Below, piece after piece: positions 8,020 to 17,040 of a stretch of DNA of 64,000 bases; position 1 is the stretch's first letter, and every line of letters begins with the position of its first letter. Below the pieces are notes generated by a model, which searched no databases, was not told the DNA's origin, and was given only the letters and a program-made list of their open reading frames with translations. The position numbers were made by a program, and so were the translations under genes. Origin of the DNA: a virus (taxonomy: Duplodnaviria; Caudoviricetes); IMG/VR virus record IMGVR_UViG_3300042946_000581, positions 1 to 64,000 of that record; one strand, written 5' to 3'.

Positions 8020-8046
8020 AGTGTGAGGTAATCTCACACTTTTTTT
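8020..8046 (+). terminator. Intrinsic terminator
   Basis: AGTGTGAG-GTAAT-CTCACACT followed by T-run. Confidence 0.75.
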
Positions 8047-8087
8047 ATTTTTGTTAATATTTATATTTTAGTATAAAATAAATATAA

Positions 8088-8615
8088 ATGGCATATCCTT
8101 TAACAACTAATCTATCAAGTAAACCTAATGCAACTTTAACATCATTAAATGATACTTTGTTAGATGATAATTTTGCAAAAAGTTTAGAAACATTAATTAA
8201 TGGTTGGACACAAAATTCAACATATAAAATTACTTTAAGTAACACACCAGATAATAATAAGTTCGCAGTCCAATTTACTACTACAATTGGAAATGATTCA
8301 GGTGATTATAAGTTAAGAGATTATGTTAACGATAAAATTAATCCACCAATGTCTGATGGTCAATTAAATGTTGATATTTCTAGTAAAAAAATAACATATA
8401 CACAAAAAGCTGGAACAACTAAAACTGATGTCTCAACAACTAAAACAACGACACAAGCACCAAATACAAGTAAAGCAAGTACAATTAACACTTTGGCACA
8501 ACAAATAAAACAAAGTGGTGTGTTTGATAATCCTTTAGCTAAAGATGTCGCATATCAAGGATATGATAACCTTTCAGAAGAAATTCTTAGAGTTAAAAAA
8601 TTAATGAAATTATGA
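8088..8615 (+). CDS. Late, probably virion-internal protein
   Basis: ATATTTAT at 8057; C-terminal LSEEILRVKKLM motif. Confidence 0.6.
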   Translation: MAYPLTTNLSSKPNATLTSLNDTLLDDNFAKSLETLINGWTQNSTYKITLSNTPDNNKFAVQFTTTIGNDSGDYKLRDYVNDKINPPMSDGQLNVDISSKKITYTQKAGTTKTDVSTTKTTTQAPNTSKASTINTLAQQIKQSGVFDNPLAKDVAYQGYDNLSEEILRVKKLMKL

Positions 8616-9223
8616 AATTTATAGACCCTGTAAAATTTGGTAAAGTGAAAGAAAGAAAAGATAAAAAAATCATATATGAACCTGAGTCAGATGATTTTAT
8701 TATAGCACCATATGATGGTGTTATTGATGAGATACAAGAAGGATTAAGAGAAAATCGTAATGGGTTTATAAGAATAAAACATAGTGTTGATGGTGAGACA
8801 TATTATTCTGAAATAAGTGGACTCAAAGATATTACAACTCAAAGGGGTGTTGATGTTAGTCAAAAAGACAAGTTAAGTAGAACTGGTAACTATCTCGTGG
8901 AATATGAAATCAAAAATAAAAGTAAAGATAAAGTAAGTATTGGTCCTTTTTTTACGGGAGATATAGGTGGAAAAAGTTCAAAAGAATTAAAAAAATCTGA
9001 TAGTGGTAGTAGTAAAAGTAGAAACGATGATAATGATAGTTATAATGATTGGAATAAACCATACAGAAAAATAGAAAAAGTACCTGATATATTTACATCA
9101 TTATTCTTATCCCCAATAAATTTGGCATATAAAGCTTTAACTGATTTTTCAGGAAAAAAAGAAAACAAAGACGAAAAAGAATTAAATGAAGAAGTCAAAA
9201 GAATTAGACAACTATTAAAATAA
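8612..9223 (+). CDS. Degenerate peptidase M23 (LytM)-like fold protein
   Basis: IIAPYDGVI...GFIRIKH...YYSE; HxH zinc motif absent; C-terminal LNEEVKRIRQLLK. Confidence 0.55.
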   Translation: MKFIDPVKFGKVKERKDKKIIYEPESDDFIIAPYDGVIDEIQEGLRENRNGFIRIKHSVDGETYYSEISGLKDITTQRGVDVSQKDKLSRTGNYLVEYEIKNKSKDKVSIGPFFTGDIGGKSSKELKKSDSGSSKSRNDDNDSYNDWNKPYRKIEKVPDIFTSLFLSPINLAYKALTDFSGKKENKDEKELNEEVKRIRQLLK

Positions 9224-9280
9224 AAAAAATCCCCATTTCAATTAAGAGTGGGGATTTTAATTTTTAGTTAGAAATTAAAA

Positions 9281-9445
9281 TTATTTCTCAACTTTAACAG
9301 TGTCAACAGAAGGAGTTGTAACTGTTGTACCTTCAACTTTAGTTGAATCTTTAGTTGTTTTAGTTTCTTCAGTTTTTGTAGTTGTTCCACAAGATGTGAA
9401 AACCAAGCTCAAAGTTACAATTGCTCCAAAAAGTACGTTTTTCAT
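9281..9445 (-). CDS. 54-aa Thr-rich lipoprotein (not in ORF track)
   Basis: MKNVLFGAIVTLSLVFTSC|GTTTKTEETKTTKDSTKVEGTTVTTPSVDTVKVEK; lipobox FTSC. Confidence 0.75.
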   Translation of the reverse strand: MKNVLFGAIVTLSLVFTSCGTTTKTEETKTTKDSTKVEGTTVTTPSVDTVKVEK

Positions 9446-9572
9446 TTTTTTTCTTTGTTTTTAAAATTGATTTGTTATTTTTTATAGACAATAAATACAT
9501 AATAATTCCAAAGAAGTCAAATAGTTTTAACATTTTTTTAAAAAAAATATACTTATAAATAAAACATAATAT

Positions 9573-9929
9573 ATGAATTGGAAACACACCCTAATTATTG
9601 TGGTATCAATATTATTGATTGGAATGTTTTTGGGTTATTTGATAAGTTATAACGCAAAAGAAACAAGAAGTCTCCAACAACAAATTATAGATGCCGAAAG
9701 AAAAGCAATTGATTCCTTACATAAGGAATTGGTAACAATGAAATCTGATAGAGAAAAAATGGAATCTCAACTTGAATCACTAACTACGGGTATTAGTATT
9801 AGTGAATCAAACTTATCAACAAAAATAAACCAATTAAAAATTCAGAACAATGTTAAGATTGATGCTATTACTAGCAGTACTAATGACCAACTCCTTGATG
9901 GTTTACGCGCAAGATACAGTAAAAAATAA
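9573..9929 (+). CDS. Membrane-anchored coiled-coil protein (i-spanin-like architecture)
   Basis: N-terminal TM followed by long coiled coil; overlaps the next gene. Confidence 0.55.
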   Translation: MNWKHTLIIVVSILLIGMFLGYLISYNAKETRSLQQQIIDAERKAIDSLHKELVTMKSDREKMESQLESLTTGISISESNLSTKINQLKIQNNVKIDAITSSTNDQLLDGLRARYSKK

Positions 9930-10344
9930 TAAAGATTCTATTGAACCCAAAATTGATTTAATGATTATCAATGGTGACACATTGTTCACAATGAATAGAA
10001 AGTTCGCTGAAAGAATTGCAATCGAACATGACTCATTAGAAATAATGGTTGATAAATTCAAAGAATGTAATGATGTACTTTCAACAAGTTTGGAACTTAA
10101 AGACCAATATAAAGTAGCTTTGGATAAATCAGAACAAGTTTCAGATATGTTAAGGAAAGAAGGTGATAAAAAAGATAAAATCATCAAGGGATATCAAACA
10201 ATAGACGAGTCACAACAAAAGATTATTGGTGAATTACATAATGAATTCAAAAAAGCCAAAAATAGGAATAAATGGTTAACAGGATTAACCATAGGAGGTG
10301 TTTCGGTGGGGTTTACTTCAATTATCCTTTTACTTTTAAAGTAA
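9850..10344 (+). CDS. Secreted/membrane coiled-coil protein with C-terminal TM (possible lysis accessory)
   Basis: Signal peptide (VYA|Q), coiled coil, C-terminal hydrophobic helix. Confidence 0.55.
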   Translation: MLRLMLLLAVLMTNSLMVYAQDTVKNNKDSIEPKIDLMIINGDTLFTMNRKFAERIAIEHDSLEIMVDKFKECNDVLSTSLELKDQYKVALDKSEQVSDMLRKEGDKKDKIIKGYQTIDESQQKIIGELHNEFKKAKNRNKWLTGLTIGGVSVGFTSIILLLLK

Positions 10345-10398
10345 GTAATTTAAAATTATTATGTCTATATGACATAAAAAATTAAATAATTTATTATT

Positions 10399-10713
10399 AT
10401 GGGAATTACTTATTTCGCTTTAGGTATGCTCTCGATGGTGGCTCTAATATTTGTTGGAGTTATTGTTTGGGGTTTGGTTAAGGTACTAAGAATTGAAAGG
10501 CAGATTGTTGCCATAAAAGAAAAAGACAAATTTGAATTTGATAATGTTCAACGTCAATTTGATAATCTCTATAGGTCTATTGGTGACCATAAAGATAATT
10601 CAAATAAGGCTATGGACAACTTGTGGCGAGAGGTTACTATCAAGTTTGATGAATCAATACGTTATACTGACAAAAGAATTGACAAATCATTAAATCAAAA
10701 AGAAATTCAGTAA
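10399..10713 (+). CDS. Membrane-anchored coiled-coil protein
   Basis: N-terminal TM, helical tail. Confidence 0.6.
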   Translation: MGITYFALGMLSMVALIFVGVIVWGLVKVLRIERQIVAIKEKDKFEFDNVQRQFDNLYRSIGDHKDNSNKAMDNLWREVTIKFDESIRYTDKRIDKSLNQKEIQ

Positions 10714-10719
10714 AACAAA

Positions 10720-11104
10720 AAACCCCTTCTTAACGGAGGGGTTTTTTTATTTTATGTAATATTTATTATAAAAATTAAAAATATGAAAAAAATTATAAAA
10801 TTAACAGAATCAGATTTAATTAGATTAGTAAAGAAAGTTATTAAAGAAGAAGATGGTGAATATCTTAGAGGGGAACTTCACGCACTTGTTGGAAAAGTAA
10901 TGAAACTTGAAAAAAGAATGGAAATGCGTGGTAATCCTGACTGGATGGTGGAAGAATACGAGGAAGCTGAAAAGGAACTTAAAAAATTCCTTCAAAAACA
11001 TCCTTCTATGAATGATTATCTTGAAGAGGTTGAGAATCACTTTATTAAACGATTATACCAATAATTTAATTAAAAAAATAAACCCCTTCTTAACGGAGGG
11101 GTTT
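10720..11104 (+). repeat. 25-bp direct repeat of a terminator (10720-10744 and 11080-11104) bracketing gene 10783-11064
   Basis: AAACCCCTTCTTAACGGAGGGGTTT occurs twice. Confidence 0.85.
10783..11064 (+). CDS. Late small protein with putative head-targeting N-terminus
   Basis: MKKIIKLTESDLIRLVKKVIKE; ATATTTAT at 10759. Confidence 0.7.
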   Translation: MKKIIKLTESDLIRLVKKVIKEEDGEYLRGELHALVGKVMKLEKRMEMRGNPDWMVEEYEEAEKELKKFLQKHPSMNDYLEEVENHFIKRLYQ

Positions 11105-11114
11105 CTTTTTTAAA

Positions 11115-11494
11115 GGTGGAGGCATGGAGAGTCGAACTCCTTCCTGTCCATCTTAACTATTAAGGACTACATGTTTAGGACAACATTATTCGCAGTGTTC
11201 CGAACTATTTGATTTTCATACACCCAAAATCAACAAAATCGGTCAATTCATTTTTAGGGATGAGAATTGATTAGACAACCCTATAGCGCTCCTGTTCCTG
11301 AGTTAATGCACCCCGACTCGAAAGTAATACCCTATTAACTAGGCTACTACCGCTTCTTCAGCACGGATTAAACCTACTGCAGAAAGTTTGTTGATAACGT
11401 TGCCGTGTATCGTTTCAAACCAGTTTAACAGACTTAGTTTAGGTCTGACATGCCCCTAATAACTAACAACGTCAGTCAATTCCAGATTACCCCC
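11115..11494 (-). ncRNA. ssrA: tmRNA (one-piece); tag frame 11404-11339 encodes (A)GNVINKLSAVGLIRAEEAVVA*
   Basis: 5' GGGGGTAATCTGGAATTGAC, GCATGTCAG/pk1 region, 3' GGAGTTCGACTCTCC-ATGCCTCCACC with G3:U Ala identity pair. Confidence 0.92.
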
Positions 11495-11573
11495 TTTTGT
11501 AAAGTACTACAATGATAAATATAATGATTGATAATTCCAAGTTTTGATTATATTTATTTTAATAAAAAAATGT

Positions 11574-12950
11574 ATGGAATATTCTAATAACGATATATTG
11601 TTTGAAAATGAAAAATACTTGGCAATTAAATCTCCAAATATGGAAGAGGGTTTAAAAGTAGGTCCAGAATTCTTAACTACAACAAGACATGGTAAAGATG
11701 TCTATAATAATAGAACAGTATACTTTTTCATTAATAAAGAAGAAAAAGATACTAGATATGGAATTATAACTCTAACACTTGGAAAGTATGGTACTGAGTT
11801 ATATGATAACTATGGTGATGATGTTGAATTAAGAGATGCTTTTTATTATTTTCCAATTTTAGATAAAACAATTACAGACATAGTTGGTGATGTTGATTTA
11901 ATAACAACCTTAACATTAATTGAGAACGGGAAAGAATTTGATAGATGGAAATTACAGAGATTAGATTCTAATATCAAATATGTTCAATATAATCAAAAAA
12001 GACCTAAACTTAGTAAAATATATTTAACCTTTGATTCAAGTGAGGGGATTTTAGAATTTTTGGATTTCCCAGATGATGTTCAATATTACATTAAAACAGT
12101 TTTAAATCCATATGGTTATGGTGGTGATTTATGGGGTGACCATTATAGAATGACCGATGAATGGATTGAGGGTTATATGATACAATCATTTAATGATGAG
12201 AATAGAAAATTAGTTGACAAAATTGTTGAATTAATAAAACCAGAATTTTTTAATTGGAAAGAAGAAGAGGGAATAAGAGAAGAGTTATGTAAGTTATTGT
12301 ATGAAATGTTTGATAGTAGAATAAGGAATATTATAAGTGAATATGGCACAGTATATGAAAATGCTGGAAGTGAGGCTTTAAAAAAAGAATTAATTGATGA
12401 TTTTTGTAATCTATTTGTTGATAATAATTTTCAAATATTTGTGGTAAAGAATTATTGTTTTGATGAATATAGAACTTGGGTTAGTTATTTGAAAGAGCTT
12501 TTAATACAATATCGTGTTGATACTATTGAAGATTTAGTAAAAAGAATATCAGAAGACCATATTAACGCAGACTTAGGACATGAAATTAATGAATATCCAT
12601 ATCATGGTGATATTGACGAAGAATCTTTTAACAGAGAAGTTGAATCCGAACTTGAAAAAATAATTGACCAAATTGAAGAAAATCCTGAAAAGTACTCAAA
12701 GAATGCTAGTGAGAATGGAAAATTAGTTTTAATACTTAAAAAGTACCCTTTGAATAAACCATTCTCAATTGATGATGGAAGAGGTTTGGTTACTATCACA
12801 GGAATTAAAGATGGGAGACTTCTTGTAACTCATATTAAAACGAATGGTGAAAGAACAAATAAGAGTTTCAATTCTGAAGAATTTTATAATTTTATTGCAA
12901 TGGGTGAATTATTTGAAGATTTAGTTAGAAAATTAAAAAGAATGTTGTAA
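11574..12950 (+). CDS. Hypothetical protein
   Basis: Long ORF (track 11544-12950, ATG at 11574); C-terminal LFEDLVRKLKRML. Confidence 0.7.
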   Translation: MEYSNNDILFENEKYLAIKSPNMEEGLKVGPEFLTTTRHGKDVYNNRTVYFFINKEEKDTRYGIITLTLGKYGTELYDNYGDDVELRDAFYYFPILDKTITDIVGDVDLITTLTLIENGKEFDRWKLQRLDSNIKYVQYNQKRPKLSKIYLTFDSSEGILEFLDFPDDVQYYIKTVLNPYGYGGDLWGDHYRMTDEWIEGYMIQSFNDENRKLVDKIVELIKPEFFNWKEEEGIREELCKLLYEMFDSRIRNIISEYGTVYENAGSEALKKELIDDFCNLFVDNNFQIFVVKNYCFDEYRTWVSYLKELLIQYRVDTIEDLVKRISEDHINADLGHEINEYPYHGDIDEESFNREVESELEKIIDQIEENPEKYSKNASENGKLVLILKKYPLNKPFSIDDGRGLVTITGIKDGRLLVTHIKTNGERTNKSFNSEEFYNFIAMGELFEDLVRKLKRML

Positions 12951-12959
12951 TATTGTGTC

Positions 12960-13775
12960 ATGAAACACAATTACGATTTACTCAAAAAGGTTTTGTCCAT
13001 ACCTACCAAGACATACAAAGAGGACTTAATGATTCAATTCCTAGGTGAATGGTTAACAGAAAACAATATCCCTTATCAAGTTGATAAGATGGGTAATGTA
13101 TATGCAACCAAACAAACGGATGATATTGAATATTTTCCTTGTGTTGTTGCACATACCGACACAGTCCACGAATTGGATACAATCAACATTAAAGAAATGA
13201 TGTTACCCAATGACCAAAAAGAATTAAAACCAGCATTAAAAGCTTTTAATGATAAAGGAGAACCAACAGGTATTGGTGGGGATGACAAATGTGGTGTTTA
13301 TGTATGTTTGGAATTATTAAAAAATTTACCAAATGTGAAAGCCGCATTTTTTGTCTCAGAAGAAACTGGTTGTCACGGTTCAAAGAATGCAGATAAAGAG
13401 TTTTTCTCAAATGTTGGATATGTTATTCAATTTGACGCCCCAGGTAATTGGATGGTTAGTGAATATTGTATGGGGACAAAATTATTTGATAAGAAGTCTG
13501 AATTCTTCATCAAATGTGATAAGGTGTTAACTGAGGGATTTGATAACAGAAACAAGTACCAGTCACATCCTTATACTGATGTTTATGCTCTCAAAAATCA
13601 ATTTGATTTTTCTTGTATAAATTTCGCCGTAGGGTATTACAACTACCACACAAAACACGAATATGTGATTGTCGAGGATGTTTTTAATACATTGGAAATT
13701 GCAAAGAAAATGATTAATAATTTGGGGAATGTGAAATATTTTGAGGAAGTTAAATCAAGTAAATTTTTACTATAA
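12960..13775 (+). CDS. M20/M28-clan Zn-dependent peptidase/amidohydrolase
   Basis: AHTDTVH, GGDDKCG, EETGCHGS, FDAPG, YHT..E metal ligands. Confidence 0.85.
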   Translation: MKHNYDLLKKVLSIPTKTYKEDLMIQFLGEWLTENNIPYQVDKMGNVYATKQTDDIEYFPCVVAHTDTVHELDTINIKEMMLPNDQKELKPALKAFNDKGEPTGIGGDDKCGVYVCLELLKNLPNVKAAFFVSEETGCHGSKNADKEFFSNVGYVIQFDAPGNWMVSEYCMGTKLFDKKSEFFIKCDKVLTEGFDNRNKYQSHPYTDVYALKNQFDFSCINFAVGYYNYHTKHEYVIVEDVFNTLEIAKKMINNLGNVKYFEEVKSSKFLL

Positions 13776-13818
13776 AAAAAAACCAATTTTTGATAATATT
13801 TATTATAAAAATTTAAAA

Positions 13819-14844
13819 ATGAAAAAAATAATTTATTTGAATGAATCTGATTTATATCAGATAAGTAATAGAGTTATAGAAGAACAAGAACTTGATGAAA
13901 TTATGAGATTTAATTTACCAGTTGGGACTCAATTAGGTAATATATATCAAGGTATAAGAGGATTTACAAAAGGTGAAAGTTATAGTTACTTCAATTATTT
14001 GAGTAAAATTAAGAATAGAAGTAAAAGAGTAATGAATGAAATTGACCATATTGAAACTTTCGTAAAATACCTAATTGATTTAAGACCAAAGATTGAGAAA
14101 ATAAAAATAGCCCCAGAAAAAAAATTACGATTATTGAATTTATTAGATCGTGTAATTAATAAATGGCAACCATTTTTTCCTGAATTTAGTGACGCGATTA
14201 AAGAAGTAAATAAACTAAGTAGTGAAAAATTGAGTGGTAAAAGATTAGATGTCGTTCCAGGTCTTGACCCAAATGAAATAGGTAGTGATTTAATGGAACC
14301 TCAAGTTGCTCAAGTTAATTTAGGAGGGAATAATAATTCAAGTGGTTCTAAATCTACTGGTGGTAATCCTAATCCTATGGGTGGTTCTAAATCTACTGGT
14401 GGTAATTCTAATCCTACTGGAGGTGGTTCTAAATCTACTGGTGGTAATTCTAATCCTACTGGAGGTGGTTCTAAATCTACTGGTAATAATCCTAATCCTA
14501 CTGGTGGTGGTTCTAATCCTACTGGTAATAATCCAATGGGTGGTTCTAAAAATACAAATCCAATTGTGGATGACGATGATTTTATTGATTATGAAGAAGT
14601 TGATGATACGGATGAACCTTTTATGTTAAACCCACCAACAGAAAAAAAACCAACAACAGATGATTTATCATCAGTATCAAATCGTAGAAGAAAAGACCCT
14701 AACACAAAAGATAATTGGGGTAGTGGAAATAAACCTAAAAATGATATTGGTATAGACGATGATGATTTATCAGATGAAGAAAAGATGTTATTAGGTAAGA
14801 CAGTAACAGAAGAAATAGAAAGATTTAAAGAATTAATTAGATAA
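13819..14844 (+). CDS. Late, probably virion-internal protein with G/S/N/P/T tandem repeats
   Basis: ATATTTAT at 13796; MKKIIYLNESDL N-terminus; VTEEIERFKELIR C-terminus. Confidence 0.7.
   Translation: MKKIIYLNESDLYQISNRVIEEQELDEIMRFNLPVGTQLGNIYQGIRGFTKGESYSYFNYLSKIKNRSKRVMNEIDHIETFVKYLIDLRPKIEKIKIAPEKKLRLLNLLDRVINKWQPFFPEFSDAIKEVNKLSSEKLSGKRLDVVPGLDPNEIGSDLMEPQVAQVNLGGNNNSSGSKSTGGNPNPMGGSKSTGGNSNPTGGGSKSTGGNSNPTGGGSKSTGNNPNPTGGGSNPTGNNPMGGSKNTNPIVDDDDFIDYEEVDDTDEPFMLNPPTEKKPTTDDLSSVSNRRRKDPNTKDNWGSGNKPKNDIGIDDDDLSDEEKMLLGKTVTEEIERFKELIR
14342..14550 (+). repeat. In-frame ~39-42-nt tandem repeat (GGSKSTGGNSNPTG)n
   Basis: ggtggttctaaatctactggtggtaattctaatcctactgga repeated about 4-5 times. 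Confidence 0.9.
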
Positions 14845-14854
14845 AAAAAAGGGA

Positions 14855-16885
14855 CTATTCAGTCCCTTTTTTCTTTTTTGATTTTTTAACTTCTTTTTCT
14901 TTAAACACTATATTTTCTTCATTGGTTGTGAGCTCATAATTTTCATTCTCAACAACATTTCCGTTAAGTACTTCCTCGGATATGAAATCTTCAATTTTGT
15001 CTTGTATGGCTCGTTTTATTGGCCTTGCGCCATATGTTTCATCAAACCCAACTTTTGAAATCAAATCGTAAACAGATTCATCACAAGTTATATTATAATT
15101 TAATCCATTCAATCTATTAATTAATTTCTCAATTTCAAGTTTTACAATTTGTTTAACTTCTTCTTCTTTCAAAGTATTAAATACAATAATTTCATCAATA
15201 CGATTTAAGAACTCAGGAGCAAAAAACTTTTTAAGTTCTTTCTTTAGCATATCTCTTTTTTCTTCCTCTTCAATGTAAGAATTTGTACTTGTTTTAAATC
15301 CAACACCAGTTCCAAATTCTTGGAATTTTTTAACCCCAAGATTGGAGGTCATAATTATGATACAATTTTTGAAATTGATTTTTCTTCCCAATCCATCAGT
15401 AAGATGTCCATCATCCAACACTTGAAGTAATGTTGAGAATACATCTTTATTCGCCTTTTCAATTTCATCAAATAGAATAACTGAATATGGTTTATTTTTA
15501 ACTTGTTCAGTTAATTGTCCGCCTTCATCATAACCAACATAACCTGGGGGCGAACCTATCAATCTTGATATTGAATGTTTTTCTTGGTATTCTGACATAT
15601 CAACTCGGATAAGGTTTTCTTCACTACCAAAGATTTCTTTGGCCAATTGTTTTGCTAGATACGTTTTACCCACACCTGTTGAACCCAAGAAAATAAATGA
15701 ACCTATAGGTTTACTTGGGTCTTTAATACCAAGTCTATTTCTACGAATTGATTTGGCAATTTTGGATACCGCTTCAGATTGACCAATGACTTTAGATGAA
15801 AGATTATCCGCCAATGATGAAAGTTTATTCGTTTCATCTGAGTTCATTTTTGATACAGGTATTTTGGTCATATTAGATACAACTTCATAAACCAATTCAA
15901 ATGAAATATCTTTTTTCTTGGTTAATAAATCAGATTCAAATTTTTTCTTTTCTGATTCTAATTTATCCAATATTTTTGTTTCTTTATCTCGTAAATCTGC
16001 AGCTTGTTCATAATTTTGACTTTTAACAACCTCAATCTTTTGTTGTTTAATATCCAACGCTTGAAGTTTCAAGTCTTCAATGATTTGGGGCATCTTAGTG
16101 TCAACTTGACTTCTTGCCCCAACTTCATCAATGATATCAAAAGCCTTATCAGGGAATTCTCTATCTGTGATATATCTTTCTGCCAAATCAACACAAAGTT
16201 TTAGAATCTCATCACTATAACTTACTTTATGATAATTTTCATATTTGTCTTTAACATTAATTAAAATCTGTAAGGTTTCTTCTTTTGTTGAGGGGTCAAC
16301 AATTACTTTTTGGAAACGTCTTTCTAATGCCCCATCTTTTTCAAAATTCTTTCTATATTCATCTAAGGTTGTTGCGCCAATACATTGTATTTCACCCCTT
16401 GCCAAAGCTGGTTTAAAAATGTTTGACGCATCCAATGAACCTGATGAATTCCCGGCACCAACTATTTGGTGTATTTCATCAATGAAAAGAATTATATTTG
16501 GGGCAGATTGTAGTTCTTCAATAATAACTTTCATTCTTTCTTCAAATTGTCCACGATATTTTGTTCCCGCAACAATTGATGTCATATCCAAGGACATAAT
16601 TCTTTTATCCATTAGATTTCTTGGACATTCCCCATTCAATATTTTTAATGCTAAACCTTCTACTATTGCGGTTTTTCCACAACCAGGTTCACCAATTATA
16701 ATTGGATTATTCTTTTTTCTTCTTGATAATATTTGGGCGATTCTTGTTATTTCTCTATCTCTACCAACCACGGGGTCTAATTTCCCTTCTTCGGCAAGTT
16801 TGATTAAATCCTTTGCGAAGTTATTTAATACTGGGGTATCACCTTTACCTTTTGTTGAGTAATCTCCATCTTTTGATTCTATCAT
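14855..16885 (-). CDS. clpC: ClpC-type AAA+ unfoldase lacking the N-terminal Clp-repeat domain
   Basis: Two AAA modules (GEPGCGKT, GSTGVGKT), UVR M-domain (QNYEQAADLRD), GSPPGYVGY pore loop, VGF ClpP-docking loop. Confidence 0.93.
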   Translation of the reverse strand: MIESKDGDYSTKGKGDTPVLNNFAKDLIKLAEEGKLDPVVGRDREITRIAQILSRRKKNNPIIIGEPGCGKTAIVEGLALKILNGECPRNLMDKRIMSLDMTSIVAGTKYRGQFEERMKVIIEELQSAPNIILFIDEIHQIVGAGNSSGSLDASNIFKPALARGEIQCIGATTLDEYRKNFEKDGALERRFQKVIVDPSTKEETLQILINVKDKYENYHKVSYSDEILKLCVDLAERYITDREFPDKAFDIIDEVGARSQVDTKMPQIIEDLKLQALDIKQQKIEVVKSQNYEQAADLRDKETKILDKLESEKKKFESDLLTKKKDISFELVYEVVSNMTKIPVSKMNSDETNKLSSLADNLSSKVIGQSEAVSKIAKSIRRNRLGIKDPSKPIGSFIFLGSTGVGKTYLAKQLAKEIFGSEENLIRVDMSEYQEKHSISRLIGSPPGYVGYDEGGQLTEQVKNKPYSVILFDEIEKANKDVFSTLLQVLDDGHLTDGLGRKINFKNCIIIMTSNLGVKKFQEFGTGVGFKTSTNSYIEEEEKRDMLKKELKKFFAPEFLNRIDEIIVFNTLKEEEVKQIVKLEIEKLINRLNGLNYNITCDESVYDLISKVGFDETYGARPIKRAIQDKIEDFISEEVLNGNVVENENYELTTNEENIVFKEKEVKKSKKKKGTE

Positions 16886-16939
16886 ATTTTTGTTTTTAAC
16901 TAATTATAATATTTATTTTCACATTTTCAACTATGGTAA

Positions 16940-16956
16940 ACTGACAAATTGTCAGT
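16940..16956. promoter_or_regulatory. Palindromic operator-like site in the divergent clpC/UVR promoter
   Basis: ACTGACA-AAT-TGTCAGT. Confidence 0.5.
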
Positions 16957-17040
16957 ATTTTTTTATTGTTGACTAGTTAATTTAATTGGTATATAATTGG
17001 ATTATAAAAATGAAAATAAACTTATAAAAAATATATTATT

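Noticed and set aside
9369-9587. 72-aa minus-strand ORF from the track
   Set aside because: It spans promoter sequence; the real gene is the lipoprotein at 9281-9445 in another frame
14342-14550. Possible CRISPR array (also 29318-29430)
   Set aside because: These are contiguous in-frame coding repeats without unique spacers, and no cas genes are present
16245-16862. 205-aa plus-strand ORF and other antisense ORFs (e.g. 19159, 20923, 28846, 14342 alternative frame)
   Set aside because: Shadow frames of well-supported genes or of low-complexity repeats
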